64,000 bases of DNA. Origin: Planctomicrobium piriforme. Its GTDB lineage: Bacteria > Planctomycetota > Planctomycetia > Pirellulales > UBA1268. Where the stretch lies: contig CAMBPQ010000003.1 in NCBI GenBank assembly GCA_945869735.1, positions 4,076 through 68,075 on the forward strand, in the 5' to 3' direction. The position numbers and the translations under genes were made by a program. Positions 9,884-19,548 of this stretch are shown in pieces. The notes under the pieces are model-generated. The model saw only the letters and a program-made list of their open reading frames with translations, did no database searches and was not told where the DNA came from. Position 1 is the stretch's first letter. The number at the start of each line of letters is the position of its first letter.

Positions 9884-10582
9884 TTAGGTCAGCCGCGCGG
9901 CCAGTGCGATTGCCGCCGTCTCGACGCGGAGGATATGGGGCCCAAGACCGACGCGGACGACACCGGCCGCTTCGAGCACGGCCAGTTCCTCCGCCGCGAA
10001 GCCTCCCTCCGGCCCAACGAGCGCGATCACGGCCGTGGCGTCAGGCTGCAGCTCTGCCGCCTCGAGCAACGGGGCTCCCGGATCGGCGACGAGCATCCGG
10101 GCCGCGTCTGGCCGCTCACGGAGCAGCTCGGCGATCGACCGCGGCTCACCAATCCCCATGAGCGTGTTGCGGCCCGACTGCTTGCAGGCCTCAAGCACGC
10201 CGCGGCGGAGCCGCTCGATCGCGGCGGGGGTCGCCTCGGCCACGCCCCGCAGCGTGACCAAGGGCACCAGGCGGGCGACACCGAGTTCGGTGAGTTTCTC
10301 GATGAGCCACTTCTGCCGTTCACCCTTGGGAAGTGCCACGGCGAGCGTGAGTGGCAGGGTGGTGGCAACCGCGACCGCAGTCGGCTCGCCCAGTTCGAGC
10401 GTCACTTCGTCACGGCCGATCGTCACCACTCGCGCGGGCCATTCGATGCCGCTGCCGTCGAACACGCGGACCATGTCACCGACCTTGCCGCGCAGCACGC
10501 GGACCAGATGCCGCGCCTCGTCGCCCTCGAGCACAGCCCGGCCCGCACAAGCCGCCGACGACAGGAAAAATCGCTCGCTCAT
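9884..10582 (-). CDS. rsmE: 16S rRNA (uracil1498-N3)-methyltransferase
   Basis: MSERFFL...EARHLVRVLR...VALPKGERQKWLIEKLTELGV...LVGPEGGF are RsmE motifs. The start is at the internal Met 10582. Confidence 0.85.
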   Translation of the reverse strand: MSERFFLSSAACAGRAVLEGDEARHLVRVLRGKVGDMVRVFDGSGIEWPARVVTIGRDEVTLELGEPTAVAVATTLPLTLAVALPKGERQKWLIEKLTELGVARLVPLVTLRGVAEATPAAIERLRRGVLEACKQSGRNTLMGIGEPRSIAELLRERPDAARMLVADPGAPLLEAAELQPDATAVIALVGPEGGFAAEELAVLEAAGVVRVGLGPHILRVETAAIALAARLT

Positions 10583-10666
10583 CGGGCTCGATCCGCGCCG
10601 AAAAAAGATGGGAATCGCGGCCAAGTCGCTCCTGACCCGCCGACACGTCGCCGCTACACTCCGGCC

Positions 10667-11548
10667 ATGGTACGCGATCGACTCTATCTCGCCGCAGCCG
10701 CCTTCGACGGCGCGATCGACCCCGCCGGTTTCTACGCGGGGCCCGCGCAAGAGGAGGCCCTGGCGCGGCTCGAATGGCTGCTCACCGAGCGGCAGCGGTG
10801 CGGGCTGGTGGTGGCCGCGCCCGGCCTCGGCAAAAGCCATCTGGCGGCCATGGCGGCGCGGCGGCTCGGTGGCCTCGGAGCTGAGGTGGCGGTGCTCTCG
10901 CTCCACGGGCTGCCCGCTGGGGAATGGCTCGATCTGTTACTCGCACGGCTGCCACTCGATCCGGCGAGCCGCGCGGAGACGATCCGACCCTGGCTCGCGC
11001 TCGAGAACCGGCTCCGCGAAAACACCCTGATGGAGCGGCCCACCGTCCTCATCTTCGACGACGTCGATCACGCTCCGGATGATGCGGTCGACGGCATCGC
11101 CCGGTTAGTGGCGGCCGGCGAGCCGCGGTTTGCCTCGACGGTGATCGTGGCCCTGGCGACCCCGACCGGCCTGCCCCGGGTGCCCGATGCCATCCGCCTC
11201 CGCGCTGCGGTCCGCATCGACCTGCCTCTCTGGAGCGAAGACGTCGTCGCGGCCTATGTGGCCACGGCGCTCCACCGCGCCTCGGCCGACGCCGACGCCT
11301 TCTCGGACGCCGCGGTGACCACACTCGCGCGGTTTTCCGGGGGCGTGCCCCGCATCGTCTGCCGGCTTGCGCGGCTCGCTGCCGTTGCAGCCACCGGCGA
11401 GTCGCTCGATCACATCGACGCAGCGACGGTCGAACGCGTCTGGCGGGAGCTTCTGCCCGCGGAAACCGCCGAGGGCGAGGTGAAAGATTCCTCGCCGCAA
11501 CCGGCCGCCCGTCCCCAGGTCAAAGCCGTCCGTAGACTCTGGGGATAG
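10667..11548 (+). CDS. AAA ATPase, ExeA/GspA-like
   Basis: Walker A APGLGKSH, Walker B VLIFDDVDH, and the family-like phrase ARFSGGVPRIV. ATG at 10667; the long upstream ORF extension runs through a repeat and antisense to rsmE. Confidence 0.65.
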   Translation: MVRDRLYLAAAAFDGAIDPAGFYAGPAQEEALARLEWLLTERQRCGLVVAAPGLGKSHLAAMAARRLGGLGAEVAVLSLHGLPAGEWLDLLLARLPLDPASRAETIRPWLALENRLRENTLMERPTVLIFDDVDHAPDDAVDGIARLVAAGEPRFASTVIVALATPTGLPRVPDAIRLRAAVRIDLPLWSEDVVAAYVATALHRASADADAFSDAAVTTLARFSGGVPRIVCRLARLAAVAATGESLDHIDAATVERVWRELLPAETAEGEVKDSSPQPAARPQVKAVRRLWG

Positions 11549-11582
11549 GCGATCGACCGCGCGAGCCGCTGCCTGACCTGCT

Positions 11583-11915
11583 CTATTTGCGAATCGATAC
11601 CAGGGCCTGCTTGGCGGCGGCGCTCACCTTGCCGTCCTTGTCGGTCGCCATCTTCTCGAGCAGCGGCACCGCCTTTTTGGCATTCGGTCCCATGTTGGCC
11701 AGTTCGCGGGCCGCATTGATCCGCTTGTCGCCGGCCGGGCTTTTCAGATCCTCGATGTAGGCGTCGAGCAGCAAACCACCCATCGTCTTGGGGCCCTTGG
11801 GATGCTTCCGCGCCGGGCGTGAAGATTTCGTCGTCTTCGCGCGTGACTTCGTGGACTTGCCCGAGCATCCCACCGCCGTCAAAAGCATCGCCGTCAGCCA
11901 GACCCTGCGCCGCAT
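11583..11915 (-). CDS. HEAT-repeat lipoprotein
   Basis: Lipobox LLTAVGCSG. HEAT-like AARELANMGPNAKKAVPLLEKM. Confidence 0.55.
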   Translation of the reverse strand: MRRRVWLTAMLLTAVGCSGKSTKSRAKTTKSSRPARKHPKGPKTMGGLLLDAYIEDLKSPAGDKRINAARELANMGPNAKKAVPLLEKMATDKDGKVSAAAKQALVSIRK

Positions 11916-12086
11916 GCGTTTGTTCCCTCAGATCGCCATCTCTCACGCCCGCCGCCACGCCGCGCCGGAATCGGCTGAAAGGGTATCAGGAAACAGCAGC
12001 GGCTGAAAAACACCGCCGGTCCGACCCGGTCATTCCTGCACTCCGCGGCTTCGCATAAACTTCTGGCCCGAGTCCGTTCAGCAGGA

Positions 12087-12785
12087 GTGCGACCGTTGGG
12101 AAGACAGGAATCCGCCGCAGCTCATCGATTCGTGGCACTCTCGCCCGACGATGGATCGACGATCGACCTCAGACATCCCGCACTCGCAGCCCTGCTCTCC
12201 TGGCTCGTTCCCGGACTCGGCCAGATCTACCAGGGCCGCAGGCTCAAGGGCGCTCTGTTCATGGCTACGCTGCTCTCTGCATTTCTGGCGGGCATGTGGG
12301 TGGGCGACGGCCGTGTCGTCTATGCATCATGGAAGCCGGGCGAGAAGCGGTGGGCCTTCCTCTGCCAGGCCGGTATCGGGGTGGCCGCCCTTCCCGCCAT
12401 GATCCAATCATGGCGGCTCGAAGGCCCGGCTCGGGAGCCCCTCTTTGCCAGCGGCTTCATGGCCCCGCCGCTATCCCGCGGCCAGCCGGTCTCACAGGCC
12501 TATGCCCAGCGGCTCGCCAGCCGCGACCCCGACTTGCATGCCGGTGACTTCCAACCGCTGCCCCCCTGGCAGCAGTTCCGCCCCATACCCCGGGCCGGGA
12601 TGCTCGACCGCCGCCCGTCCGACCAGCTCTCGCTCTGGCACCAACGGCTCGGCCGGTTTTTCGACATCGGCACCCTCTACACCATGCTTGCGGGGATGCT
12701 CAACTTGCTCGTGATCTACGACGCCTGGTCCGGCCCGATGCGGCTCGCGACCGAGGCGGAGACCGACGGGAAGAGTCGCTCATGA
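12087..12785 (+). CDS. Membrane protein (TM2/DUF6677-like)
   Basis: LLSWLVPGLGQIYQGRRLKGALFMATLLSAFLAG, and further hydrophobic helices. GTG start. Confidence 0.5.
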   Translation: MRPLGRQESAAAHRFVALSPDDGSTIDLRHPALAALLSWLVPGLGQIYQGRRLKGALFMATLLSAFLAGMWVGDGRVVYASWKPGEKRWAFLCQAGIGVAALPAMIQSWRLEGPAREPLFASGFMAPPLSRGQPVSQAYAQRLASRDPDLHAGDFQPLPPWQQFRPIPRAGMLDRRPSDQLSLWHQRLGRFFDIGTLYTMLAGMLNLLVIYDAWSGPMRLATEAETDGKSRS

Positions 12786-13018
12786 TGGACCTGTCGCTCT
12801 GGGCAATGACATGCCCCGTCATCGCCGTGCTGGCCGACCGTGTGCCCGGCATCGCCTTTGGTGTCCCACTGATCCTCGTGGCCGCGGTCGTGTTCGCGGC
12901 GACGCACCACGAGAGCCCGCAGGCGATCGGCCGCGCGACGATCCAGTGGATTGGCTGGCTTGGCGGCATCCTCGGTGCCGTGCTCGTGGCGGTGTCGCTG
13001 CTGGGCTGGCTGGCCTAG
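12782..13018 (+). CDS. Small integral membrane protein
   Basis: 78 aa with three hydrophobic segments. The ATGA start/stop overlap with the upstream gene suggests coupling. Confidence 0.4.
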   Translation: MMDLSLWAMTCPVIAVLADRVPGIAFGVPLILVAAVVFAATHHESPQAIGRATIQWIGWLGGILGAVLVAVSLLGWLA

Positions 13019-13055
13019 AGCGGATTCGACTTCCGTGGATCGCCGGCTCGAGGCT
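13018..13055 (-). repeat. Family A element, terminal fragment (A5)
   Basis: GAGCGGATTCGACTTCCGTGGATCGCCGGCTCG matches one terminus of family A. It begins inside the TAG stop (13016-13018). Confidence 0.65.
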
Positions 13056-13087
13056 GCCCACGCAAACTTCAACGGACCCGATGTAGA

Positions 13088-14188
13088 TCACGTGGGAGAG
13101 AGCTTCGCGGCGATGCGGCGGAGCTGCCCGCAGGCGGCGTCGATCCGGGCGCCCTTGCGGCGTCGGACCTGCACGTTGACCCCGGCCCCCCGCAAGACAT
13201 CGAGAAACCGCTCGCGGGCTGCGGTCGTCGGTTCCTTCCAGGGCATGCCCGCGACGGCGTTGTATGGAATCACGTTGACGAGCGCGGCACGGCCGCCGAG
13301 GAGGCATGCCAGGCGTTCGGCATGGTCGGGTGAGTCGTTGACGCCGCCCAGCAGGACGTATTCGAACGTCAGGCGGCGGCCGGATGTCTCCCAGTAGCGG
13401 TCGGCGGCGGCCATTACCTCGGCCAGACCGATCGCCTTGTTGACCGGCACCAGCCGCGTGCGGAGATCGTCGTCGGCCGCGTGCAGGCTGACGGCCAGAT
13501 GGTAGCCGGGATTCGCAGCGCAGAGGCGGTCGATCGCCTGCGGCAGGCCGACGGTCGAGATCGTGATCCGCCGCTGCGAGATGCCGAGGCCCTCCGGATC
13601 CTGCGCCTCGGCGAGCGCGGGAAGGAGCGCGTCAAGATTGGCCAGCGGCTCGCCCATGCCCATGACCACGATGTGGCTGAGCCGCTCGTGAACCGGCAAG
13701 AGCAACGCGAGCCGCAGAAGCTGCTCCACGATCTCGCCGGTTGTCAGGTTCCGGACCACGCCGTCAATGCCACTGGCGCAGAACACACAGCCCATCGCAC
13801 AGCCCACCTGGGAACTGATGCAGACGGTCCGCCGGTCACCATCCCCTTCGCGCAAGAGCACACACTCGATCCGCTGGCCGTCGGCGAGTTCGAGCAGCAG
13901 TTTCTCAGTGCCGTCGTCGGCCCGTTGGTGGACGGCCACCGTCGTGGTCCAGATCCGAAAGTCGGCCTCGAGGTCGCCCCGCAGACCACGCGGCAGGTCG
14001 GTCATGTCTGCGAATGACTCGGCCCGCCGGCCGTGCAGCCAGCGGCGAATCGCCCCGGAACGCCACGCCGGCTGGCCACGCTGGACGAGCCACGCGGCCA
14101 GACCGCTGGCCGGATCGAGCACGTGGCGGCGGGGTTCGGGGGCTGCGGCGTTGGCGACTGGGTCGAGGGCGGGTTCGGAAGTCATCGG
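13088..14188 (-). CDS. rlmN: 23S rRNA/tRNA (adenine-C2)-methyltransferase, radical SAM
   Basis: CISSQVGCAMGCVFCASG (CxxxCxxC), and GMGEPLAN. The start is at the internal Met (MTSEPAL, 14188); the ORF is open to 14299. Confidence 0.9.
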   Translation of the reverse strand, partial: PMTSEPALDPVANAAAPEPRRHVLDPASGLAAWLVQRGQPAWRSGAIRRWLHGRRAESFADMTDLPRGLRGDLEADFRIWTTTVAVHQRADDGTEKLLLELADGQRIECVLLREGDGDRRTVCISSQVGCAMGCVFCASGIDGVVRNLTTGEIVEQLLRLALLLPVHERLSHIVVMGMGEPLANLDALLPALAEAQDPEGLGISQRRITISTVGLPQAIDRLCAANPGYHLAVSLHAADDDLRTRLVPVNKAIGLAEVMAAADRYWETSGRRLTFEYVLLGGVNDSPDHAERLACLLGGRAALVNVIPYNAVAGMPWKEPTTAARERFLDVLRGAGVNVQVRRRKGARIDAACGQLRRIAAKLSPT

Positions 14189-14297
14189 CGAAGCGGCTTT
14201 CAGCACTGGCGGGTGCCGATATCGCGGGGTACATTTCTCACGACCGGACACTTCCATCATATCTCGCAGTCCGGCCCCTCGACGGCCACCCGCCAGC

Positions 14298-14513
14298 ATG
14301 AGCCAGAAGAACTACGAAGAACGCACGCAGTGGGTCTACGACGAGCAGGCATTTCCCGTGTGGAACGGCTCATTCGACAAGTCCGACCGCGTGTCGATGA
14401 TCGACGAAGACCTCTGGGCCGGGCGCAGCATCGCGATCCTGCTGGCCGTGCTCGTCGCAGTCGGACTGGGGCTTGCCCTGGGTACGATCGCCTTCGTCGC
14501 CAACTGGCGGTAA
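14298..14513 (+). CDS. Small single-pass membrane protein
   Basis: MSQKNYEERTQWVYDEQAFPVWNG...SIAILLAVLVAVGLGLALGTIAFV. Sits directly upstream of ispE. Confidence 0.4.
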   Translation: MSQKNYEERTQWVYDEQAFPVWNGSFDKSDRVSMIDEDLWAGRSIAILLAVLVAVGLGLALGTIAFVANWR

Positions 14514-14532
14514 CCCGCCGACGGTGCCAGTG

Positions 14533-15483
14533 ATGCCGACGCCTGGACCACAGCCGGCGACGGACAACGGCCTCACCGTGCAGGCGCCGGCCAAGCTCAA
14601 CCTCTCGCTCGCGGTGCTGGCACGACGGGACGACGGGTTTCACGAGATCGAGTCGCTGATGGTGCCGGTGTCGCTTGCCGACACGCTCCACGTGCGGGGC
14701 AGCGCACACGCCGGCGTGCGGCTGCGGGTAACGTTCGCCGGCGAACTCGCGGCGGGACCGGGACGGGCCCTGGCCCGTGACGTGCCTGCGGACGGCCGGA
14801 ACCTCGTCGTCCGCGCGGCCGAACGGCTCGCCCACGAAGCCGGTATCGCAACGGGCCTCGACGTCGATCTCGTGAAGCGCATCCCGTCTGGCGCCGGGCT
14901 CGGCGGCGGATCGAGCGACGCTGCGGCCGTCCTGATGGCGGCGGCACGAATCTGGAATCTCAACTGGTCTGCCGAGCGGCTGGCCTCACTCGGTGCGGAG
15001 ATCGGCAGCGACGTGCCGTGGTTCTTCGCCGGCGGCCCCGCAATCGCCTCTGGCAGGGGAGAGCGGATCGAACGCGTCGCCGAACTACCGCCACTCGCCG
15101 CGGTGATCGCCTGCCCGCTCACGGGCCTGTCGACGGCGGCCGTCTATGGCCGCTGCGTGCCCGATGCCTCACGCCGAGGAGAGGCGGCCCGGCTGGCCGC
15201 CGCCCTCTCGAGTGGTGGGCTTCAGGCAGGCCTGCCTTTCATGACCAATGTCCTCGAGCCGCCAGCCCGCAGCCTGTCGCCCGAAGTCGATGCGCTGCTT
15301 GAGGCCCTCGGCCGGGCTGGCGGCTGCGCTCCGCGGCTCACTGGCAGCGGCAGCGCTTGCTTCACGCTGGCCCGCTCGGTCGGCGAGGCCGAGGGCGTCG
15401 CGGCCCGGGTCGCCGGGATGCGGTCCGGCGGCCGGCCGCCCTGTGCCGCCGTGTTTGTGGTCCGGCTCGCGGCGCCGGCGTAA
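14533..15483 (+). CDS. ispE: 4-(cytidine 5'-diphospho)-2-C-methyl-D-erythritol kinase
   Basis: [22 protein letters not shown], and the GHMP motif [18 protein letters not shown]. Confidence 0.85.
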   Translation: MPTPGPQPATDNGLTVQAPAKLNLSLAVLARRDDGFHEIESLMVPVSLADTLHVRGSAHAGVRLRVTFAGELAAGPGRALARDVPADGRNLVVRAAERLAHEAGIATGLDVDLVKRIPSGAGLGGGSSDAAAVLMAAARIWNLNWSAERLASLGAEIGSDVPWFFAGGPAIASGRGERIERVAELPPLAAVIACPLTGLSTAAVYGRCVPDASRRGEAARLAAALSSGGLQAGLPFMTNVLEPPARSLSPEVDALLEALGRAGGCAPRLTGSGSACFTLARSVGEAEGVAARVAGMRSGGRPPCAAVFVVRLAAPA

Positions 15484-15553
15484 GTACCTCACCCGGGGCT
15501 TGCCCCGGCCGGCCCCGGTCCTTCATGATTGCCTCCACGGGAGGCAGCGGGGC

Positions 15554-15991
15554 ATGGACATCTCGGAGGTACGCATCAAGCTTGTGACCAACGGCGCCGA
15601 GCGACTGCTGGCGTTTTGTTCGATCACGATCGACGCTGCGTTTGTCGTGCGCGACTTGAAACTGATCGGCGGCCCTGTCGGGCCGTTCGTGGCCATGCCC
15701 AGCCGCAAACTCTGCGCTCACTGTCACGGCTGCAGCGCCAAAAATCCGATTCGTGCCAACTACTGCAACCAGTGTGGCGGCCGCCTGTCCGCCGGGCAGG
15801 CGGCCCGCGATGCCGATGGTCGAATGCGGCTCTACGCCGACATCGCCCATCCGATCAACGCGGCCTGCCGCGATATGCTCCAGAAGCGGATCGTGGCCGA
15901 GTATGAGCACGAACTCATCCGCGCCCGGGAGCCGGGCTACGTCTCCCGATACGACGATATCGACGAGGAACCCCACCGCCCGCGGCACTGA
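15554..15991 (+). CDS. spoVG: SpoVG family protein carrying a Cys-rich (zinc-ribbon-like) insertion
   Basis: [11 protein letters not shown]...[28 protein letters not shown] and ADIAHPIN are SpoVG blocks. Between them lies [25 protein letters not shown]. Confidence 0.8.
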   Translation: MDISEVRIKLVTNGAERLLAFCSITIDAAFVVRDLKLIGGPVGPFVAMPSRKLCAHCHGCSAKNPIRANYCNQCGGRLSAGQAARDADGRMRLYADIAHPINAACRDMLQKRIVAEYEHELIRAREPGYVSRYDDIDEEPHRPRH

Positions 15992-15993
15992 GA

Positions 15994-16851
15994 TCAGCGT
16001 CTGACGAGGGCATGGAACTCTCGTGTCAATCTCGCGGTGACCGGTCCCGGCAGGCCCGCTCCCACCTTGCGGCCGTCGATCTCGACGACCGGGATCACTT
16101 CCGCGGCCGTGCCGGTGAGAAAGCACTCGTCCGCCGTGTAGAGATCGTGCCGCACAAGCGTTGACTCACGACAGTCGATGCCCGCCGCCGCGGCGAGTTC
16201 CATCACGGCCCCGCGGGTGATGCCCTCGAGGATGCCTGCGTCGGGGGGAGGCGTGAGCAGTTTCCCACTGCGAAACACGAAGATGTTGTCGCCGGTGCAC
16301 TCGGCCACCTCGCCCTTGCTGTTGAGCATCAGCGCCTCGACGCAGCCGGCCTGCAGCCCTTCGAGTTTGGCCATGATGTTGTTGAGGTAGTTGAGCGACT
16401 TGATCCGAGGTGAGAGGGCAGCCGACTGCGTGCGCTGCGTGGCGGCCGTTACGATCCTCAAGCCCTTCTCGTAATACTCGCCGGGGTAGAGGCTGATCGT
16501 GTCGGCAATCACGATCACCTGTGGATTCTTCGTCTTGTTGGGGTCGAGTCCGAGGCTGCCGGCACCGCGGGTCACCACCAGCCGGATGTAGCCGTCGGTG
16601 AGGCCGTTGGCGGTGAGCGTGTCGTTCACGGCCTTCGCCACGACCTCCTTCGCCAGCGGGATCTCCAGGCAGATCGCCCGGGCGCTGGCATAGAGACGGT
16701 CGAGGTGGGCGTCGAGACGGAAGACCTTCCCCGAATAGCTTCGCAGGCCCTCGAAGACGCCGTCACCGTACAGCAGTCCGTGGTCGAAGACGCTGACAAC
16801 GGCCTGTTCCTCGGAAACGAGGCGGTCGTTAATGAAGATCATGCGCGGCAT
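15994..16851 (-). CDS. ilvE: Branched-chain amino acid aminotransferase (fold type IV)
   Basis: VSVFDHGLLYGDGVFEGLR.Y.G..FRL..HL.RL, and C-terminal ECTGDNIF, LTPP...ILEGITR. Confidence 0.9.
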   Translation of the reverse strand: MPRMIFINDRLVSEEQAVVSVFDHGLLYGDGVFEGLRSYSGKVFRLDAHLDRLYASARAICLEIPLAKEVVAKAVNDTLTANGLTDGYIRLVVTRGAGSLGLDPNKTKNPQVIVIADTISLYPGEYYEKGLRIVTAATQRTQSAALSPRIKSLNYLNNIMAKLEGLQAGCVEALMLNSKGEVAECTGDNIFVFRSGKLLTPPPDAGILEGITRGAVMELAAAAGIDCRESTLVRHDLYTADECFLTGTAAEVIPVVEIDGRKVGAGLPGPVTARLTREFHALVRR

Positions 16852-16910
16852 GGGCGTTTCCTGGCGAATGGAACGACGGGCCGGGCCGAGTCGCGCCGGC
16901 GGTGACAAGA

Positions 16911-17645
16911 CTATCCCGCCTTCCGCTCTGCGGCCGGGCACGTCTCGTCGACGCGACCCGCTGCCAATCGCACGATCCGGTCAGCCCGGCGAGCGACAAC
17001 GGGGTCGTGGGTGACCAAAACTATAGAAAGGCCGTCGGCGCGGTTCAACTCACAGAGCGTATCGAGGATTCCCGCACCGGTTGTCTCGTCGAGATTACCC
17101 GTCGGCTCGTCGGCGAGCAGAACTTGGGGCTGCGTGACCAAGGCGCGGGCGATCGCCACCCGCTGCATCTCCCCGCCAGAGAGTTGCCGGGGATGGTGGT
17201 GGAGGCGGCCCCCGAGGCCGAAGCGGTCGAGCAACTCGCGGGCCCTGGCCCGGACCGCCGAGCGGACCGTGAGCCACTCGAAGATGCCGTGCCGCACCAT
17301 CAGCGGCGCCATTACGTTTTCCAGCGCGTCGAGTTCCGGAAGCAGGTAGTACGACTGGAAAACCATCCCGACGCAGGTATTCCGGAGCCGGTCGCGGCGG
17401 GCGGCCGAGAGGCCGGCGATCCGCGTGCCGGCGAGCACGACCTCGCCCGCGTCGGCCGCATCGAGCAGGCCCATCAGGTGTAAAAGCGTGCTCTTGCCGG
17501 AGCCGCTCTGGCCGACCACCGACACAAACTCACCGGCGGCCAGGTCGAAGTCGACGCCGCGGAGCACATCGAGTCGGGTGTCGCCCGAGCGGTAGCTCTT
17601 GCAGAGGTTCCGCACGCGGAGGATATCGGTCGCGGCTTCAGTCAT
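16911..17645 (-). CDS. lolD: Lipoprotein-releasing/MacB-type ABC transporter ATP-binding protein
   Basis: GQSGSGKSTLLHLMGLLD, LSGGEMQRVAIARAL, LLADEPTGNLD. The start overlaps the stop of the upstream permease by 8 nt. Confidence 0.85.
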   Translation of the reverse strand: MTEAATDILRVRNLCKSYRSGDTRLDVLRGVDFDLAAGEFVSVVGQSGSGKSTLLHLMGLLDAADAGEVVLAGTRIAGLSAARRDRLRNTCVGMVFQSYYLLPELDALENVMAPLMVRHGIFEWLTVRSAVRARARELLDRFGLGGRLHHHPRQLSGGEMQRVAIARALVTQPQVLLADEPTGNLDETTGAGILDTLCELNRADGLSIVLVTHDPVVARRADRIVRLAAGRVDETCPAAERKAG

Positions 17646-19293
17646 GGCGAAGGGCCTCGACGGGATGCAGCCGTGCCGCACGCAGCGCGGGCAGCACGCT
17701 CGACGCCACGGCGATCCCCACCGCGCCGACGATGATCCACGCGACGGTGAACGGATCGACGATCGAAGGGATCCGGTGGAAGTAGTAGATTGAGGGGTCG
17801 AAGACCCGCTGGCCGGTCAGCCATTCGACGCCGACGCGGATCGTGTTGATGTTCCAGGCGATCGCCAGCCCCATGGCCAGTCCCGCCCCGGCCCCGACAA
17901 GTCCGAGAAACAGGCCATAGCCGAGGAAGATACCGGCGATCCCCGAGGCTCCGGCGCCCAGCGACTTGAGAATCCCAATGTCGCGTGTCTTCTCCACGAC
18001 GATCATGAAAAAGATTGCGAGGATCCCGAAGCCTGCCACGGCGATGATCAGAAACAGCAAGATGTTGAGCACCGACATCTCCATGTCGACCGCGGCGAGC
18101 AGCGGTCCCTGCTTGTCGCGCCAGGTCGCGACGGCGTAGAGGTCGGCGGGAAAGACCTTGCGAAGCTTATCGCGGACGAGGTCGAGGTCGGCCCCCTCAC
18201 GGAGTTTGATCTGGATGGAGTTGACGCTCGCGAGGCCCGTCTGCGGATCAATCATGCCCCGCATCCGCTGCAGCATCGCGAGCGGCACGAACACGAAGTT
18301 CGAGTCATACTCGCTCATCTTGCTCTCGTAGTAGTCGACGATGGTGAACGAGTCGCTGACCGCCTTGGGGGGCGTGCCCGCCGTCGGAAACGTCACCTTC
18401 ACGTCGTCGCCCGGCAGCACCAGGAAGCGGTCGACGCCGGTGGAGTCGCGAAAGCTCGCCAGTCCGATGCCCGGCACGATGCCGGTGAACTGTTCTCTGG
18501 CGGGGTCCATGCGGGTACCTTCCTCGGGCCGGGCCTGCCGGAACGGATCGGGCGGCTTCACCACAGCGGTCGTGTCGGCCACGTCGATCGCAGGGGGGGC
18601 GACCGCGGAAGCCTCATCGCCGGTCGTGGCCGCGAGCACGGCGTCGACCTGGCGGTCGATCGATCGGGTCGGACCGCCACTCCCGCTGGCTGCCGTGGGA
18701 TCAGCGGCTTCACTTGCCCGCCGGTCGGCCTCAAGTTTCTCGCGCCACACCCGCTCCCGCTCCACCCGCATGCGGCGATGCGGCCAGCCGGCACCCTCGA
18801 GCGCGGGCCGCGTCGGCGTGGTGGCCTCCGACTGGCTGTCGACGGTGTCGTAGCCCCCTTCGCGGAGATCGAACGACAGTTGCGTGCGGTTGCCGGGATG
18901 CTGGAGGTAGCGACCGAAGTCGCTGACCCTGGCGTGCGTCGCCTCGTCGATCCCGATGAACATGATCTGCCGGGTGACCCACTGGCCGCGGACCTGAAAG
19001 TTGAGCATCGCCGGGACGGCCACCGTGGGCGTCATACCGACGATGTCATCGCCAGCCGCTCGGCGGATCTCGTCCATGTGCCACTGGGGATCCTGAAACC
19101 CGGAGAGCGAGTGGCTCTCGAAGACGAGGTCCGAGAGGATGCCGTGGATCCGCGTCTGCATCTCGTACGAGAAGCCGGCCATCACCGAATTGACGACGAT
19201 CATCGTCGCCACTCCGAGCGTCACGCTGATGATGCTCGCCAGCGCGATCCAGCGGGTGCGGAGATATCGCCAGCAGAGAAGGAGTTTGTACAT
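17638..19293 (-). CDS. FtsX/LolC/LolE-type ABC transporter permease with a large periplasmic loop
   Basis: MYKLLLCWRYLRTRWIALASIISVTLGVATMIVV, and C-terminal ILKSLGA...PALRAARLHPVEALR. The start is at Met 19293; the upstream ORF extension is repeat DNA. Confidence 0.8.
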   Translation of the reverse strand: MYKLLLCWRYLRTRWIALASIISVTLGVATMIVVNSVMAGFSYEMQTRIHGILSDLVFESHSLSGFQDPQWHMDEIRRAAGDDIVGMTPTVAVPAMLNFQVRGQWVTRQIMFIGIDEATHARVSDFGRYLQHPGNRTQLSFDLREGGYDTVDSQSEATTPTRPALEGAGWPHRRMRVERERVWREKLEADRRASEAADPTAASGSGGPTRSIDRQVDAVLAATTGDEASAVAPPAIDVADTTAVVKPPDPFRQARPEEGTRMDPAREQFTGIVPGIGLASFRDSTGVDRFLVLPGDDVKVTFPTAGTPPKAVSDSFTIVDYYESKMSEYDSNFVFVPLAMLQRMRGMIDPQTGLASVNSIQIKLREGADLDLVRDKLRKVFPADLYAVATWRDKQGPLLAAVDMEMSVLNILLFLIIAVAGFGILAIFFMIVVEKTRDIGILKSLGAGASGIAGIFLGYGLFLGLVGAGAGLAMGLAIAWNINTIRVGVEWLTGQRVFDPSIYYFHRIPSIVDPFTVAWIIVGAVGIAVASSVLPALRAARLHPVEALRHD

Positions 19294-19392
19294 CGGCGAG
19301 CCGGTCTCACGGGGGACGGGGAAGGTAGCAGCCCGGCCCACTCTGCCGAAACCCCGGAATCGACCCGTTTTCCCGCGGTGTTGGAATCTGCC

Positions 19393-19548
19393 GTACGCAT
19401 CCGACTTCCGTGGAACGCCGGCTCGGGGGCGGCAAAAGTCTCGTCGCCGGGGCGAGGATACGCCCGAGGCTCCTCGAGCGTTCGCCGACCCCCTTGCCTC
19501 CCTCCTCCAAGGTGACATCTCGACGCTCTGCCAAAAGCGGATGGGCTC
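19393..19548 (-). mobile_element. Family A MITE-like element, full-length copy (A2)
   Basis: ~155 bp collinear with the reverse complement of 38905-39060. Degenerate termini: ACGCAT...ATGGGCTC. Confidence 0.7.

Noticed and set aside
9704-10666. The long 5' extension of the ORF containing the ExeA-like ATPase (614-aa ORF starting at 9704)
   Set aside because: The extension runs through the family A/B repeat and then antisense to rsmE. The recognisable protein starts at ATG 10667. Long stop-free antisense frames are expected at this GC content.
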